A stretch of 64,000 nt of DNA from contig CAZMCQ010000002.1 in assembly GCA_964565195.1 (NCBI GenBank), positions 82,161 to 146,160 of the forward strand, in the 5' to 3' direction. The position numbers were made by a program, and so were the translations under genes. The notes under the pieces are model-generated. The model ran no database searches and was not told where the DNA came from. It saw only the letters and a list, made by a program, of their open reading frames with translations. Source of the DNA: an uncultured Candidatus Saccharibacteria bacterium (lineage in GTDB: Bacteria > Patescibacteriota > Doudnabacteria > UBA920 > 2-01-FULL-46-14). Each line of letters opens with the position of its first letter. Positions within the stretch are counted from its first letter, which is position 1. Positions 38,453 to 49,321 of the stretch are shown one piece after another.

Positions 38453-39963
38453 GAGACTTAGTGATAAAAAAAGGAGGGAATATGGTGGATGTGTTTGACT
38501 TCGATGGGGTTCTAGCGGACTCGAATCAAATCAAGATTGATTCGTTTGTGGAGACTCTGCCCGAGAACGAACAGAAATTGCGACGGTTAATGAAAGAAAT
38601 GTATGATCCCGCTAAAGTTCGCGATGAAATGTTTGCCGCGGTTTTGAAAGCACAGGGACGATCGCCGGAAGCGGTGGCGCGTTTAGGCGCCCTCTACACA
38701 AAGCAGTATGGTCAAACCGTGCAGGACGCGATTGTCCGTCGCGGGGCGCGGCCGGAAGCCAAAGCAGTCCTCGAGAGACTCCTCGCAGCTGGCCACACTT
38801 TGTATATCAATTCTGATACGCCCGAGGACGCTCTCAAACAATGTGTTGAGGCCCTGGGTCTTGCGAGTTTTTTCAAAGCGGTCCTGGGCCGTCCGGCAAG
38901 CAAGGAGGAGAATTTAGAGAAGATCGCGCACGCAGAAGGCGTGGGGCCTGACAGAATTCTCTTTTTTGCGGACGGTGAAAGCGATTTGCGGGCCGCGCGC
39001 CACTTCGGTTGCCGTTTTATCGGGCTTCGAAATGAATTCAACCATTGGACCGATCATGAGGAGTTCACTACGGTTGGGAGCATCGAAGAGCTAGTGGGTC
39101 TGCTTATGACGGATCAGACGCAACATACAACCCATATATTCCCGAAAGCAAAGAATTTATATAAATTTTTTTTTCGTTCTCAGAGATTCAACAGGATCGT
39201 AAAAAGTTTTCTTTCTAGGTTTGCTAACTTCCTGGCCAAAATGAAAGGATTCGATTTCCCGCCGAAATTCCAGTGGGACTGGAAATTGGAGATGCTGCTT
39301 GGGAAATATGAGAAAGAGACTACCAAAGAGTTTAAGAAAATCATCAAACCAGGGATGACAGTCGTTGATATCGGAGGCCATATTGGCTATTTTACCATCC
39401 TGTTCTCGAAACTGGTGGGAAAGCGCGGCCGCGTCTTGGCTTTCGAAGCAGATGCTGAAAATTATCAGCTGCTCAAAAAAAATACAACGGGCAGAAAAAA
39501 CGTAAATATTTACAATGTCGCCGTGTCGGACAAAAGCGGCGAGATGAATTTTTTTAAGACGATCAATAAAACAGGATCACACAGTTTGTTTCCCTCAGAT
39601 TTTCGTCCTATCAGTATAACCGTCAAGGCCGACACTCTCGATCATCTGTTGGAAGAGCTGGCAGTTCCCAAAGTTGACGTGATCAAAATGGATATTGAGG
39701 GGGGCGAACCGCTTGCCCTGCAGGGCATGGCTAAAATTTTGGAGCAAAATCCTGATATTGTCATCATCATGGAATTTTCTGTAATGAATCTGAAGGTGGC
39801 AGGCTACGACCCGCTGCAAATCCTGCAGTCTTTGTCAGACAAGGGGTTTGCCGTGAGAGCGATAGAAGATAACAAATTGCTTGCAGTAACACGCGAAACA
39901 ATAGCATGGGTAGAAGCAAAAAATAACAGCTATGTGAATATCTTAGTTTCGAGGAAAGTCTAA
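38449..39963 (+). CDS. HAD phosphatase - FkbM-family methyltransferase fusion
   Basis: FDFDG...K...D..SD in the N-terminal half; YE...DIGGHIGYF, FE, KMDIEGGE in the C-terminal half; no internal stop. Confidence 0.8.
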   Translation: MRDLVIKKGGNMVDVFDFDGVLADSNQIKIDSFVETLPENEQKLRRLMKEMYDPAKVRDEMFAAVLKAQGRSPEAVARLGALYTKQYGQTVQDAIVRRGARPEAKAVLERLLAAGHTLYINSDTPEDALKQCVEALGLASFFKAVLGRPASKEENLEKIAHAEGVGPDRILFFADGESDLRAARHFGCRFIGLRNEFNHWTDHEEFTTVGSIEELVGLLMTDQTQHTTHIFPKAKNLYKFFFRSQRFNRIVKSFLSRFANFLAKMKGFDFPPKFQWDWKLEMLLGKYEKETTKEFKKIIKPGMTVVDIGGHIGYFTILFSKLVGKRGRVLAFEADAENYQLLKKNTTGRKNVNIYNVAVSDKSGEMNFFKTINKTGSHSLFPSDFRPISITVKADTLDHLLEELAVPKVDVIKMDIEGGEPLALQGMAKILEQNPDIVIIMEFSVMNLKVAGYDPLQILQSLSDKGFAVRAIEDNKLLAVTRETIAWVEAKNNSYVNILVSRKV

Positions 39964-39966
39964 GGT

Positions 39967-41151
39967 ATGCGAATCATTCTCGTTACTTCAAAGTTAAATT
40001 TTCTCACTTCCGGAGGTTCTATCACTGATACTGACCTGAAAGCCGAAAACCTCAAGGCAATGGGCCACGATGTCAGCGCGCTGACGGTTTATTCCCAGAA
40101 TAATATTATCAACAAAACACTTACTTATCGTCTGATCGAGGAGCGGTTCCAGACGCGCTATCAGCTTCGTGTGCAATATCATATTTGGAAAGTTTTAAAG
40201 AAATACTCTGCCGAAGCAGATATCTTCCATGTGGAGGGCCAGTACATGCTCGGAGCAGGTTTATATCGCTGGTTCGGCGGTGAGAAGCCGGTGGTTCTGC
40301 ATTTTAATCGCGAATATTTTGCCTGGCGAATGGGATCTTTTTGGAAAAATCCGGTGCGGTTCTTTAAGCAGCGCATTCGTTATTTGCTGGAAAGAATACT
40401 AGTCCCGCTGATCGCGAACAAAAATGATCATTTTATGTTCAATACCCCTTTTTTGAGGGATGCGTTCGAGCGATTTGGACTGCGCTATGATTCTCCTGCG
40501 ACCGTCATGCCGGATTTTGTGGATGAAAAGCGACTATTCACAGGAGCTGGCACGAATGCAGATGAGGCACTCAAGCTACGCCGCGAACGAAACGATACCG
40601 TCCAGCTTTATGCAACCGGCAGGCTGATTTCTGAAAAAGGATTTGATATCCTCATCAGAGCGCTCGCTACTTTGTCAGGAAAACCGGATGTTCATCTAAC
40701 GCTCGGCGGTCAGGGACCGGAAATGGACCGACTCAAAAAATTGGCCGAGGATCTTGGGGTGGGCAATCTGGTCTCATTTCCGGGCTGGGTGACTTATGAA
40801 CAAATGGCAAAGTTTTTGTCTGCCTCAGATGTCTTTATTCTGCCACGCTGGTTTCATGAGGTAGGCTCTGTGATCTTGCTCGAAGCCATGGCATTCGGTC
40901 TTCCCTGCGTGGTTATGGGAGGCGGCGCGCTAGAGTGGCTGGTTGGCCGCGATGACCTGACTTTTAATCCGGGTGATCCACGTGACCTTGCAAAAAAAAT
41001 TGAGGTGCTCGTCGCTGATAGAGAACGCCGCCTCGAGTTTTCGCAGTATTGCCGCGACCGTTTCGTTGGAACTTTCCACATAAGAACGCTTGCACCGCAA
41101 CTCGAGTCAGTATTTACTAAAGTTGTAGCAGGAAGTATTATTGACGCATGA
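39967..41151 (+). CDS. GT4 glycosyltransferase
   Basis: GRLISEKG, E...ILLEAMAFGLP. Confidence 0.9.
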   Translation: MRIILVTSKLNFLTSGGSITDTDLKAENLKAMGHDVSALTVYSQNNIINKTLTYRLIEERFQTRYQLRVQYHIWKVLKKYSAEADIFHVEGQYMLGAGLYRWFGGEKPVVLHFNREYFAWRMGSFWKNPVRFFKQRIRYLLERILVPLIANKNDHFMFNTPFLRDAFERFGLRYDSPATVMPDFVDEKRLFTGAGTNADEALKLRRERNDTVQLYATGRLISEKGFDILIRALATLSGKPDVHLTLGGQGPEMDRLKKLAEDLGVGNLVSFPGWVTYEQMAKFLSASDVFILPRWFHEVGSVILLEAMAFGLPCVVMGGGALEWLVGRDDLTFNPGDPRDLAKKIEVLVADRERRLEFSQYCRDRFVGTFHIRTLAPQLESVFTKVVAGSIIDA

Positions 41152-42320
41152 TCCAGAGAGAGAAGTTGGGCGTTGGCTGCGTGGAGATCAGCCCGACTGC
41201 CGTTAAATACCTCAATCAAGCCCTGAAAAACAAACGGCTTTCCTATGGGCCATTTGTCAAGAAATTCGAGCGGGGTTTCGCGCGAATGCATCAGGCGAAA
41301 TTTGCTGTCATGGTAAACAGCGGGACATCCGCGCTGCGCATCGCGGTCGCTGCTCTCAAAGAGCTTGAGCGATGGAAAGAGGGTGATGAGGTTATTGTTC
41401 CTGCTGTGACGTTCGTGGCCACTGCCAACGTTGTCCTCCAGCAGGGATTGAAACCGGTTTTTGTTGATGTGGATAGCCGGACTTATAATATTGACCCCGA
41501 AAAGATCGCGGCCAAGATCACCAAGCGCACGCGTGCCATCATTCCGGTGCATCTTTTCGGCCAGAGCGCGGACATAGTGCCGATCGTAAAAATTGCGAGA
41601 AAGCACGGCTTGAAGATCATCGAAGACTCCTGCGAAACGATGGGGGTCAATTATCGAGGCAAACGAGTCGGCAGCTTTGGCGATATCTCCTGTTTTTCCA
41701 CTTATGCCGCGCATCTGATCGTCACCGGTGTTGGTGGACTTGCCGTGACAAGCAGCCGCAAATATGCGGAAGTGCTGCGTTCCCTTGCCAATCACGGACG
41801 TGACGGAATCTATTTTACTGACAAAAAAGGCAGCAGGGAACTCATTGCGCGGCGGTTTCGCTTCATCCGGCCGGGTTTTAGCTTCCGCGTCACCGAAATG
41901 GAAGGCGCGCTTGGACTCGCGCAGCTGTCTCGGCTCCCTATTATTCTTCGCAAGCGCCGTCGCAATGCCAGGTATTTGATTTCTAAACTCAAGCCATTTG
42001 AAAAATTTTTGCAACTTCCTTCGCATCCCGCTTACATCGAACACGCCTTTATGATGTTCCCGATCGTGATCCGGAAAAACGCAAGAATAAAAAAAGAAAT
42101 CCTGGTAAATTATCTCGAAAAACAGGGCATTGAGACGCGCGACATGCTGCCCCTTATCAACCAGCCATATTTGCTAAAAAGCTATAAGCTACAAGCAAAT
42201 TCCTACCCAGTGGCCGACTGGATTAACAATTATGGCTTTTATATCGGCTGCCACCAGTTGATGGGGAGGCCGGAGTTGGATTATATTATTAAGATGTTTA
42301 AGAAGTTTTTTAAGATATGA
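41148..42320 (+). CDS. DegT-family PLP enzyme with His at the catalytic Lys position (ColD-like dehydratase candidate)
   Basis: [27 protein letters not shown]; immediately upstream of gmd. Confidence 0.8.
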   Translation: MIQREKLGVGCVEISPTAVKYLNQALKNKRLSYGPFVKKFERGFARMHQAKFAVMVNSGTSALRIAVAALKELERWKEGDEVIVPAVTFVATANVVLQQGLKPVFVDVDSRTYNIDPEKIAAKITKRTRAIIPVHLFGQSADIVPIVKIARKHGLKIIEDSCETMGVNYRGKRVGSFGDISCFSTYAAHLIVTGVGGLAVTSSRKYAEVLRSLANHGRDGIYFTDKKGSRELIARRFRFIRPGFSFRVTEMEGALGLAQLSRLPIILRKRRRNARYLISKLKPFEKFLQLPSHPAYIEHAFMMFPIVIRKNARIKKEILVNYLEKQGIETRDMLPLINQPYLLKSYKLQANSYPVADWINNYGFYIGCHQLMGRPELDYIIKMFKKFFKI

Positions 42321-43381
42321 AAAAAGCGTTGATTACCGGTATCAACGGACAGGACGGCTCATACCTCGCGGAGCTTTTGCTCGCCCGCGGCTATGAGGTC
42401 CACGGCATTGTGCGGCGCGCCTCGACTTTTAACCGCTGGCGTATTGATCATCTTCACCGGCACCTTTTCCAGCGGCATCCCAATTTTCACCTCGAGTATG
42501 GGGATCTCACTGACTCGTCCAATCTGCTCCGCATTATGAAAAAGGTGGAGCCGGACGAGATTTATAATCTCGGCGCGCAGTCCCATGTGCAGGTCTCCTT
42601 TGAGACCCCGGAATACACGGCCAATGTTGATGCGCTCGGCACGCTCCGCCTCATTGAGGCGATGCGCATCTTGGGCCTGGAAAAAAAGACGAAATTTTAC
42701 CAGGCCTCGACGAGTGAGATTTATGGCAATACCCCGATTGTGCCGCAAAATGAGGAGACGCCGTTTCTGCCGCGCAATCCCTATGGCGTGGCTAAACTTT
42801 ATGGCTACTGGATCATCCGTACGTACCGCGAGGCGTATGGCATGTTTTTGGTCAACGGTGTTTTGTTTAATCATGAATCTCCGCGGCGCGGCGAAAATTT
42901 TGTCAGCAAAAAGATCACCCAGAGTTTGGCGCGCGTGAAACTGGGACTCCAGGATAAACTCGTTTTGGGCAACCTCGATGCGAAGCGTGACTGGGGGTAT
43001 GCCAAGGAATATGTCGAGGCCATGTGGCTGATGTTGCAGCAGAACAAGCCGCAGGATCTTGTCATTGCCACGGGCGAGGCGCACACCGTGCGAGAATTCG
43101 TGGAGGAGACCGCCAAAGTTTTGGAAATTCCCCTTAAGTGGGAGGGCGCGGGACGCGAGGAATGCGGTATTGATGAGAAAACCGGGCAAGTGATCGTGGC
43201 GCTGGATGCCTTTTTTCTGCGTCCGACAGAAATAAATATTCTCCAAGGCGACGCGCGCCGCGCAAAAAAAATGCTCGGCTGGGAACCGAAGGTGAAATTC
43301 AAAGAACTCGTCCGCCTCATGGCCACGTATGATCTCGAACGTTTCAAGAAAGGTGACGATAAAATCTTCATCGATGAATGA
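42317..43381 (+). CDS. gmd: GDP-mannose 4,6-dehydratase
   Basis: [43 protein letters not shown]. Confidence 0.96.
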   Translation: MKKALITGINGQDGSYLAELLLARGYEVHGIVRRASTFNRWRIDHLHRHLFQRHPNFHLEYGDLTDSSNLLRIMKKVEPDEIYNLGAQSHVQVSFETPEYTANVDALGTLRLIEAMRILGLEKKTKFYQASTSEIYGNTPIVPQNEETPFLPRNPYGVAKLYGYWIIRTYREAYGMFLVNGVLFNHESPRRGENFVSKKITQSLARVKLGLQDKLVLGNLDAKRDWGYAKEYVEAMWLMLQQNKPQDLVIATGEAHTVREFVEETAKVLEIPLKWEGAGREECGIDEKTGQVIVALDAFFLRPTEINILQGDARRAKKMLGWEPKVKFKELVRLMATYDLERFKKGDDKIFIDE

Positions 43382-45632
43382 GGTTTTAGTTATCGTCCCG
43401 ACTTATAAGGAACGGGATAATATCGAAAAACTGGTCAATACGTTATTCTCCCTAGGAAAGGGCCTGGACGTTTTGATCGTGGATGATGGCAGCGATGGAA
43501 CGGACGAACTGATCCGTGAGATGCAGCGCGGGAATTCGCGCCTGTACCTTATTAAAAGGGAAGGCAAGGGCGGCCGCGGGAGCGCGGTGAATGAAGGGCT
43601 GCAATGGGGTTTGAAAAAGAACTATGATTATCTTGTGGAAATGGATGCGGATATTTCCCATGATCCCGAAGAGCTTCCTAAGCTTTTGGAAAGGGCGGCG
43701 CCTGATACCGTGGTGATCGGCTCGCGGTACGCGCGGGGCAGCCAGATCATTAGCTGGCCTTTGAAACGCCGCGTGTTCAGCAAACTCGCCAATGTCTACG
43801 CCAGCCTGGTTTTGGGACTTGGCATTCATGATTATACCAACGGCTTCCGGGTCTATCCGCGCGCTTTGATTGCGCGAATGGATTTTGAAAAGACCAGGTC
43901 GCGCGGATTTATCGCGCTTTCCGAGATTGCTTACGAACTGGCGGGACTTGGCGCAAAGTTTGTCGAAGTGCCGATCCGGTTTGTGAACCGCAAGCGCGGG
44001 GCCTCCAGCTTCTCGTTGAAAGAAATCAAAGAATCATTTTTATCTGTACTCAAAATAAAATTCAGCGTTTTGGAAATCGTTGCTTTGGGTTTGTTGGCTT
44101 TAAGTTTTTTCATCGGGCTGACCCATGGTTTTCCGCTCACGCGCGTCATCGGCGACGAGGCGCCCAATGTCGGCGGCGTCCTGCGGGCGCTGGAGGCCAA
44201 AACATTGCTGCCGGCCGTGGGCGACGTGCCGTATGCAACGGTCACGTATCTTTTGAGCTATTTCTTCATTGTCGTTTATCTTCTCCTGGCTTTCCCTTTG
44301 TTTGGTTTCAATATGGCGGCTTTAAAGCTGCATTTTCTCGAAAACCCGCATGAACTTTATTTTGTCGTGCGGCTAGGAAGTGCGCTACTGGCCATTGCCA
44401 CGATCGTCTTGCTCGAAAGGATGGCGAGGAAGAGCGGTGCGGCGCGCGGCGAGCGGTTAAGCATCATCCTGCTCGTGATGACCAACCTGCTTATCGCCTC
44501 GCATTTCCGCACCACCAAGGTCTGGGTGCTCTCCACTTTTTTGGTGCTGCTTTCCATTTATTATTTGTATCGCGCGCAAAAGGCGTCGGCGCCGCAAAGC
44601 AGAAGAGCGGCAATCGTTCGGGCGATTTTTTTTGCCTGTCTCTCCCTGGCCAACTTTCCTCTTAACCTTTATAGTGTGGCGGCGGTTTTGCTGTTGGTGT
44701 TTGTGTTTTTCCGCAAAGAAGAGGGCTTTTATCAAACCGTTTTTTGGGGATTGTTTTGGGGCGGTTTGGCCATCGGGGCGGTGTCGGCCCTGAATTGGCA
44801 AAACATTTTGGATCAGGCGCAAACCATGCTCGTTGAGGCCGGCGCCGGCTCGCAGTTTTCGCTCGTGCCTAAAATCCTGCTCAATAATTTGCAGCGCATT
44901 CTGTTGCTCTTTCCGCTGCTGCTCATTCCGGTGTTGTTTGTCCGGCGGATCCGCGACCAAAAACTGTTCACAATCGCGCTGGTCTGTCTGTTTCTGTATT
45001 TGGGCGCGATCAGCTTCACCGCGACCTGGATAAGCGGCACAGCCATTTTCTTGCGCTACCTCATTCCTTTTGGTTTATTTCTGGGTTTGCTGCTTATGAG
45101 CCTGGAGTTTCGTCCCAGGTTTGTTTTGCCAGTGCTGGCGGGATTGTCAGTGGTGTATTATCTGTTTTTGGTAGTTTATTTAAGTCGGCCCACAACTTAC
45201 AATCTCGTCAATGATTGGACGTATAAAAATTTAAATTCCGAACAAACGGTCATCATCAGCGACGCGCAATGGCTCGAGCTGCCGCTGAACAAAAAGTCGG
45301 CGCAGTATTTGCAGAACCGCTATTGCGGTACGCTTTGTCGCGAGACTATTCGCGGTGATCTCAAAGCCGAGTTCAAGCCGCTGGTTTTTGATGCGCGGCG
45401 GAGCGAAATGGAGGTTTATAAAAATTTGCTGAAAAATCCGGCGGGAATGGAATTTTATCTTTATACCGACACAGAGCGGCCGGAATTTTCCGACCGCCTG
45501 GTCGTGGCCGTGGGCCAGCTTTCTACCAAGGAGTATTTCGGCGTGGACCACCGCCTCGGGACATATTTCGATCCGCGCTATTTTACCGCCAAAAACTTCG
45601 GCGAGCGGATCTACGTCTATCGTTTTCAATGA
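43374..45632 (+). CDS. Polyprenol-phosphate-mannose-synthase-like GT2 fused to a GT-C-like membrane domain
   Basis: PTYKE, DDGSDGT, MDADISH, GSRY, DYTNGFR; then TM-GDE loop and multiple TM segments. Confidence 0.8.
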   Translation: MNEVLVIVPTYKERDNIEKLVNTLFSLGKGLDVLIVDDGSDGTDELIREMQRGNSRLYLIKREGKGGRGSAVNEGLQWGLKKNYDYLVEMDADISHDPEELPKLLERAAPDTVVIGSRYARGSQIISWPLKRRVFSKLANVYASLVLGLGIHDYTNGFRVYPRALIARMDFEKTRSRGFIALSEIAYELAGLGAKFVEVPIRFVNRKRGASSFSLKEIKESFLSVLKIKFSVLEIVALGLLALSFFIGLTHGFPLTRVIGDEAPNVGGVLRALEAKTLLPAVGDVPYATVTYLLSYFFIVVYLLLAFPLFGFNMAALKLHFLENPHELYFVVRLGSALLAIATIVLLERMARKSGAARGERLSIILLVMTNLLIASHFRTTKVWVLSTFLVLLSIYYLYRAQKASAPQSRRAAIVRAIFFACLSLANFPLNLYSVAAVLLLVFVFFRKEEGFYQTVFWGLFWGGLAIGAVSALNWQNILDQAQTMLVEAGAGSQFSLVPKILLNNLQRILLLFPLLLIPVLFVRRIRDQKLFTIALVCLFLYLGAISFTATWISGTAIFLRYLIPFGLFLGLLLMSLEFRPRFVLPVLAGLSVVYYLFLVVYLSRPTTYNLVNDWTYKNLNSEQTVIISDAQWLELPLNKKSAQYLQNRYCGTLCRETIRGDLKAEFKPLVFDARRSEMEVYKNLLKNPAGMEFYLYTDTERPEFSDRLVVAVGQLSTKEYFGVDHRLGTYFDPRYFTAKNFGERIYVYRFQ

Positions 45633-47012
45633 TTACCGGCCTTTGCCGCCGAGCATAATATTGACGGTCTTCAAAATAATCCCGAAATCGAGTGGCAGGG
45701 ACCGGTTTTTGATGTAGAAAAGATCATATTGCAGTTTTTTCAGGGCGTCTTTGGGCGAGTCGCCATATTGAAAGTTGATCTGCGCCCAACCCGTAAGGCC
45801 TGGTTTGATCAAGTGCCGCTCATTGTAAAAGGGGATGATTTTTTGGAGCTCGCGGACAAATTCGGGCCGTTCCGGGCGCGGGCCAACGAGCGACATCTCG
45901 CCTTTCAAAACATTTAGAAGCTGCGGGATCTCGTCAATGCGCGTCAGTCGCATAAAGTGACCAAAGCGCGTCACGCGCGGGTCTCCTGGCTTCGCCCACT
46001 GCGGTTCGCCCTCTTTTTCCGCGCCAACGACCATGCTGCGAAATTTAATCGCGCGAAACGGCCGGCCGAGCTCGCCAATGCGGGTTTGGGAAAAAAGAAT
46101 CGGGCCCGGACTGTCCAGGCGGATGAGCAGCGTGATGAGCGGGATGAAGGGCAAAGAAATGGCCAGGCCAAGCGTGGCAATGACTATGTCCAGGACGCGC
46201 TTCGTCGTCTGGTAGACGCTTTTTTCACTCTCCGCAAGATTTTCCAGAAACCAGATATGGCCGATGTTGGTGATTGGGATTTTGCCGGTGAGGCGCTCGT
46301 AGAAAGATGGCAGGTCGCGGATCTCCAGACGCAGCGAAAGACTCTCAAAAAGCTGGGCGACAAGATTCGAGTCAGTCCGCGGATCGAGCACGGTCAGCAC
46401 GGTGCTGATATTTTTTTCCCGGATAAGTTTTTTGAAATTGGGAATGTCCGCGTAAACCGCGACCCCGGGAAATTCCTGGCCGCCTTTGTAGCTCCCGTGG
46501 ACAATGGCCGCCACGCGGTAGCCGAGCTGGGGTTTGCGGATGATTTCCGCGATGAGCTCGTGCGCCTCGTCATTCATGCCGATGACGAGTACGCTGCGGG
46601 TTAAGCGGTCGCGAACGATAAAGCCATTGTACCAGTAGCGCCACAGGGAATAAAAAACCGTGAAGACGGCGAGGTAGATGAAAAAGACAAGCTGCGGCTT
46701 GATGTTGAAAAGCTTGTCCGTCAGAAAATAGAAATAAGCCGCGGCCAGCCCGTAGCTAACGAGAATCGTGCCGAGGATTTTGTTGTAAAAGGCGAAATCG
46801 TTTTTGCTGATGGCAATATCGTAAAGCCCATTGATATAGAAAACGACCAGCCAGAGCAGGAAGAGCAGGGAAAAAGGCAGAAGGTGAAGGCCCCATTCTT
46901 TGTCGTTGGGTAAGGACTGGAAACGGAGCAACAGCGTAGCATAGAGCGCGGCATACATCGCCAAAATATCCCCGCCCACGAGCAAAATTTTTTTAAAACG
47001 GCTTAAGAGCAT
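45633..47012 (-). CDS. Polyprenyl-phosphate glycosylphosphotransferase (WbaP/WcaJ-like initiating transferase)
   Basis: KRVLD, KFRSM, DEIPQLLNVLKGEMSLVGPRP, PGLTGWAQ. Confidence 0.94.
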   Translation of the reverse strand: MLLSRFKKILLVGGDILAMYAALYATLLLRFQSLPNDKEWGLHLLPFSLLFLLWLVVFYINGLYDIAISKNDFAFYNKILGTILVSYGLAAAYFYFLTDKLFNIKPQLVFFIYLAVFTVFYSLWRYWYNGFIVRDRLTRSVLVIGMNDEAHELIAEIIRKPQLGYRVAAIVHGSYKGGQEFPGVAVYADIPNFKKLIREKNISTVLTVLDPRTDSNLVAQLFESLSLRLEIRDLPSFYERLTGKIPITNIGHIWFLENLAESEKSVYQTTKRVLDIVIATLGLAISLPFIPLITLLIRLDSPGPILFSQTRIGELGRPFRAIKFRSMVVGAEKEGEPQWAKPGDPRVTRFGHFMRLTRIDEIPQLLNVLKGEMSLVGPRPERPEFVRELQKIIPFYNERHLIKPGLTGWAQINFQYGDSPKDALKKLQYDLFYIKNRSLPLDFGIILKTVNIMLGGKGR

Positions 47013-47056
47013 CGCTTTCGCTTGATAAAGCCCAGTATAGCAGCTAAAATTGATTT

Positions 47057-49204
47057 ATGCCAGTCATCTACCGTCTTTTGAAGTGGAACCTGTACGCGTT
47101 GCTCATCCTGCCGCTTCTGGTGTGGGGCATTTTTTTATTTCCCTTTATCACTACAAAAGTTCTCTATTTCCGTCTCCTCGTGGAAGCGGCCTTGGTGTTG
47201 TACCTTCCGCTTGCCATCCGTTACCGGGAGCTACGCCCAAAATTCGATCTAATCACCAAAATGGTCTTTGCGTATTTTGCCGTTCTCATCGTGAGCGCGC
47301 TTTTTGGCGTGGACGTTTACCGGAGCTTTTGGGGCACGATTGAGCGCGGCGAGGGGCTCATCACCATTGCGCATTATGTCGCCTATTTTGTGATCCTCAC
47401 CGCGGTTTTTCGAACCAAAGAAGACTGGCATCGTTATTTACGCGCGGCCGTCATCTCGACGCTGCTCGTGGCGCTCTACGCCTTCGCGCAAATTTTGAAT
47501 CTGTCCTTCGTAATGAACGCAGCCGGTGTCCGGATTTCCGGCACGGTTGGCAATGCCTTGTTTTTCGCTGCCCTGATGATGTTCGGCATGTTTCTCTCCC
47601 TGTACCTGGTCGGCGCGAGCCGGACCGGGGAACGTTTTTTTCTTTACGGAGTTTTCGCCTTTGAGTTCTTCCTGCTGTACAAGTCGGCTTCGCGCGGCGC
47701 GATTTTGGCGACTGCCCTGGCCATATTTTTTTATTTGGTCCTTAAATTTTTTAGAAGTGGCGGCTGGCGCCTCAAAATTGCGACTGGCGCTCTCGCCCTG
47801 CTTCTTCTGCTCGGCGCGGGGCTGGTTTATTTTAGCCGCGAGCGCGCGTGGGTGAAGCAAAACAGCACGCTGCTTCGCTTTGCGTCCATTTCGACGCGCG
47901 ATGTGACGACCCAGTCGCGGCTTGACACTTGGCAGGCCTCCTGGAAAGGTTGGCAGGAGCGTTTTTTCCTCGGCTATGGTTATGAAAATTACAACATTGC
48001 CTTTAACAAATATTTTCCGGCGCGAATTTTCAAAAAGCCCGGCAGCCAGATCTGGTTCGACCGCGCGCATAATACCGTCTTTGACGTTGCCGTGGCGTCC
48101 GGGATTTTCGGCCTCGTCGCTTATCTTGGCATTTTTGCCGCGGCCAGCATTGTGCTTATCCGCCAACGCGGCCGAAGTCTAATTCTCCTCTTTGGCCTGG
48201 CCGCCTATTTTGTGCAGAACCTGTTTGTGTTCGACACGCACGCCACGCACCTGATGTTCTACCTCGTTCTCGCCCACATTGTGTTTCTCGGTCGCGTCGA
48301 GCAGGGTACGTCCGCGTTTGCGCGACGGCGGGTGTGGTGGCTCGCCGTACCAGTCGCGTTATTTTTTTTAGTCTTTGCGTATTTTGTCAACGTCCAGCCA
48401 CTTTTGGCGAACTACAATGCCGTTGCCGCGCTGAAAGGTCTGCGGGGCGGGGATGCAAACGCCGGTTTGGATTATTTTCGGCGCGCCTTGTCTTACGGCA
48501 CTTATATGGATGCGGAGATCCGCCAGCATTTTGCTGACGCAGTGCTGCAGACCCAGGCCAAGACGTTGTATGGGTTGATCGCCATGGAAATGCGGAAAAA
48601 CGTCCTCGCCGCCCCGCGGGATGTCAAAAACTACCTCTATCTTATGAACATTCTCAATCGACTGCCGAACGAAGCGAGCAGCTATCAGGAAATCCTGTCC
48701 TTGGCCGAGCGGGCCATCCGGCTTTCCCCAACCCGGCCGCAAATCTATTCCGAGCTTGGCCAGGCCATGTTTTTCCGAAAGGAGTTCAGCGCGGGACTAG
48801 AAAATTTCCGCAAGGCCATCGAACTTTCTCCGGAGCCGTATATTTCGCATTTTAACTATCTGCTGGCTGGTATCATGGCGGGCGAAGCAAAAATTATCGC
48901 TGAGGAAACGGCGATTATCGAAAGGCAGTATAAGCATAAATTTACCGGCGAGGAGTACGCGCAGATTGCGCGCGCCTATCAGACCGCTGGTGACAGGGAT
49001 GCGGCTTTGGCAAATTATCGCACCGCCATTGCAATTGAGCCGACGCGGGTGGAATTCCGCATCAATCTGGTTTCTTTCTTTGGCGAACAGTGCGACCTTA
49101 CGGCGGTCCGGGACGAAATCAATGAAATCATCCGTTTAAATCGCGCCTACCAAAACGACGCGGTTGCCTATTTGAGCCAGGTGGAAAAAAACTGCAAGAA
49201 ATGA
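47057..49204 (+). CDS. O-antigen-ligase/O-oligosaccharyltransferase family (Wzy_C) protein with TPR tail
   Basis: GTVGN, SRGA, R...W..GYG, DRAHN, G.FG; C-terminal TPR-like helices. Confidence 0.85.
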   Translation: MPVIYRLLKWNLYALLILPLLVWGIFLFPFITTKVLYFRLLVEAALVLYLPLAIRYRELRPKFDLITKMVFAYFAVLIVSALFGVDVYRSFWGTIERGEGLITIAHYVAYFVILTAVFRTKEDWHRYLRAAVISTLLVALYAFAQILNLSFVMNAAGVRISGTVGNALFFAALMMFGMFLSLYLVGASRTGERFFLYGVFAFEFFLLYKSASRGAILATALAIFFYLVLKFFRSGGWRLKIATGALALLLLLGAGLVYFSRERAWVKQNSTLLRFASISTRDVTTQSRLDTWQASWKGWQERFFLGYGYENYNIAFNKYFPARIFKKPGSQIWFDRAHNTVFDVAVASGIFGLVAYLGIFAAASIVLIRQRGRSLILLFGLAAYFVQNLFVFDTHATHLMFYLVLAHIVFLGRVEQGTSAFARRRVWWLAVPVALFFLVFAYFVNVQPLLANYNAVAALKGLRGGDANAGLDYFRRALSYGTYMDAEIRQHFADAVLQTQAKTLYGLIAMEMRKNVLAAPRDVKNYLYLMNILNRLPNEASSYQEILSLAERAIRLSPTRPQIYSELGQAMFFRKEFSAGLENFRKAIELSPEPYISHFNYLLAGIMAGEAKIIAEETAIIERQYKHKFTGEEYAQIARAYQTAGDRDAALANYRTAIAIEPTRVEFRINLVSFFGEQCDLTAVRDEINEIIRLNRAYQNDAVAYLSQVEKNCKK

Positions 49205-49216
49205 TACAATAAACAC

Positions 49217-49313
49217 AAATTCGAAGCACGAAATCCTAAATCCGAAACAAATTTAAATGTTCAAAATTCAAAATTCTAAACGTTTCGAATTTCGAAATTC
49301 GAATTTCGGATTT
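49217..49313. repeat. Heptamer array with inverted halves upstream of pilB
   Basis: AAATTCG AAGCACG AAATCCT AAATCCG AAAC ... GTTTCGAATTTCGAAATTCGAATTTCGGATTT. Confidence 0.85.
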
Positions 49314-49321
49314 TAACGCTT

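Noticed and set aside
38449-39963. HAD-FkbM fusion as a read-through or frameshift artefact
   Set aside because: The frame is continuous with no stop. An internal Met (MTDQ) could still give a separate methyltransferase, so it is kept as a fusion with moderate confidence.
40854-42044. 396-aa antisense ORF; likewise 537-1388, 18494-19258, 53234-54064 and 63032-63820
   Set aside because: They shadow well-supported genes on the opposite strand and have no recognisable motifs; expected from codon bias.
49217-49313. Possible CRISPR-like array
   Set aside because: Period is 7 nt with no unique spacers, and no cas genes are present.
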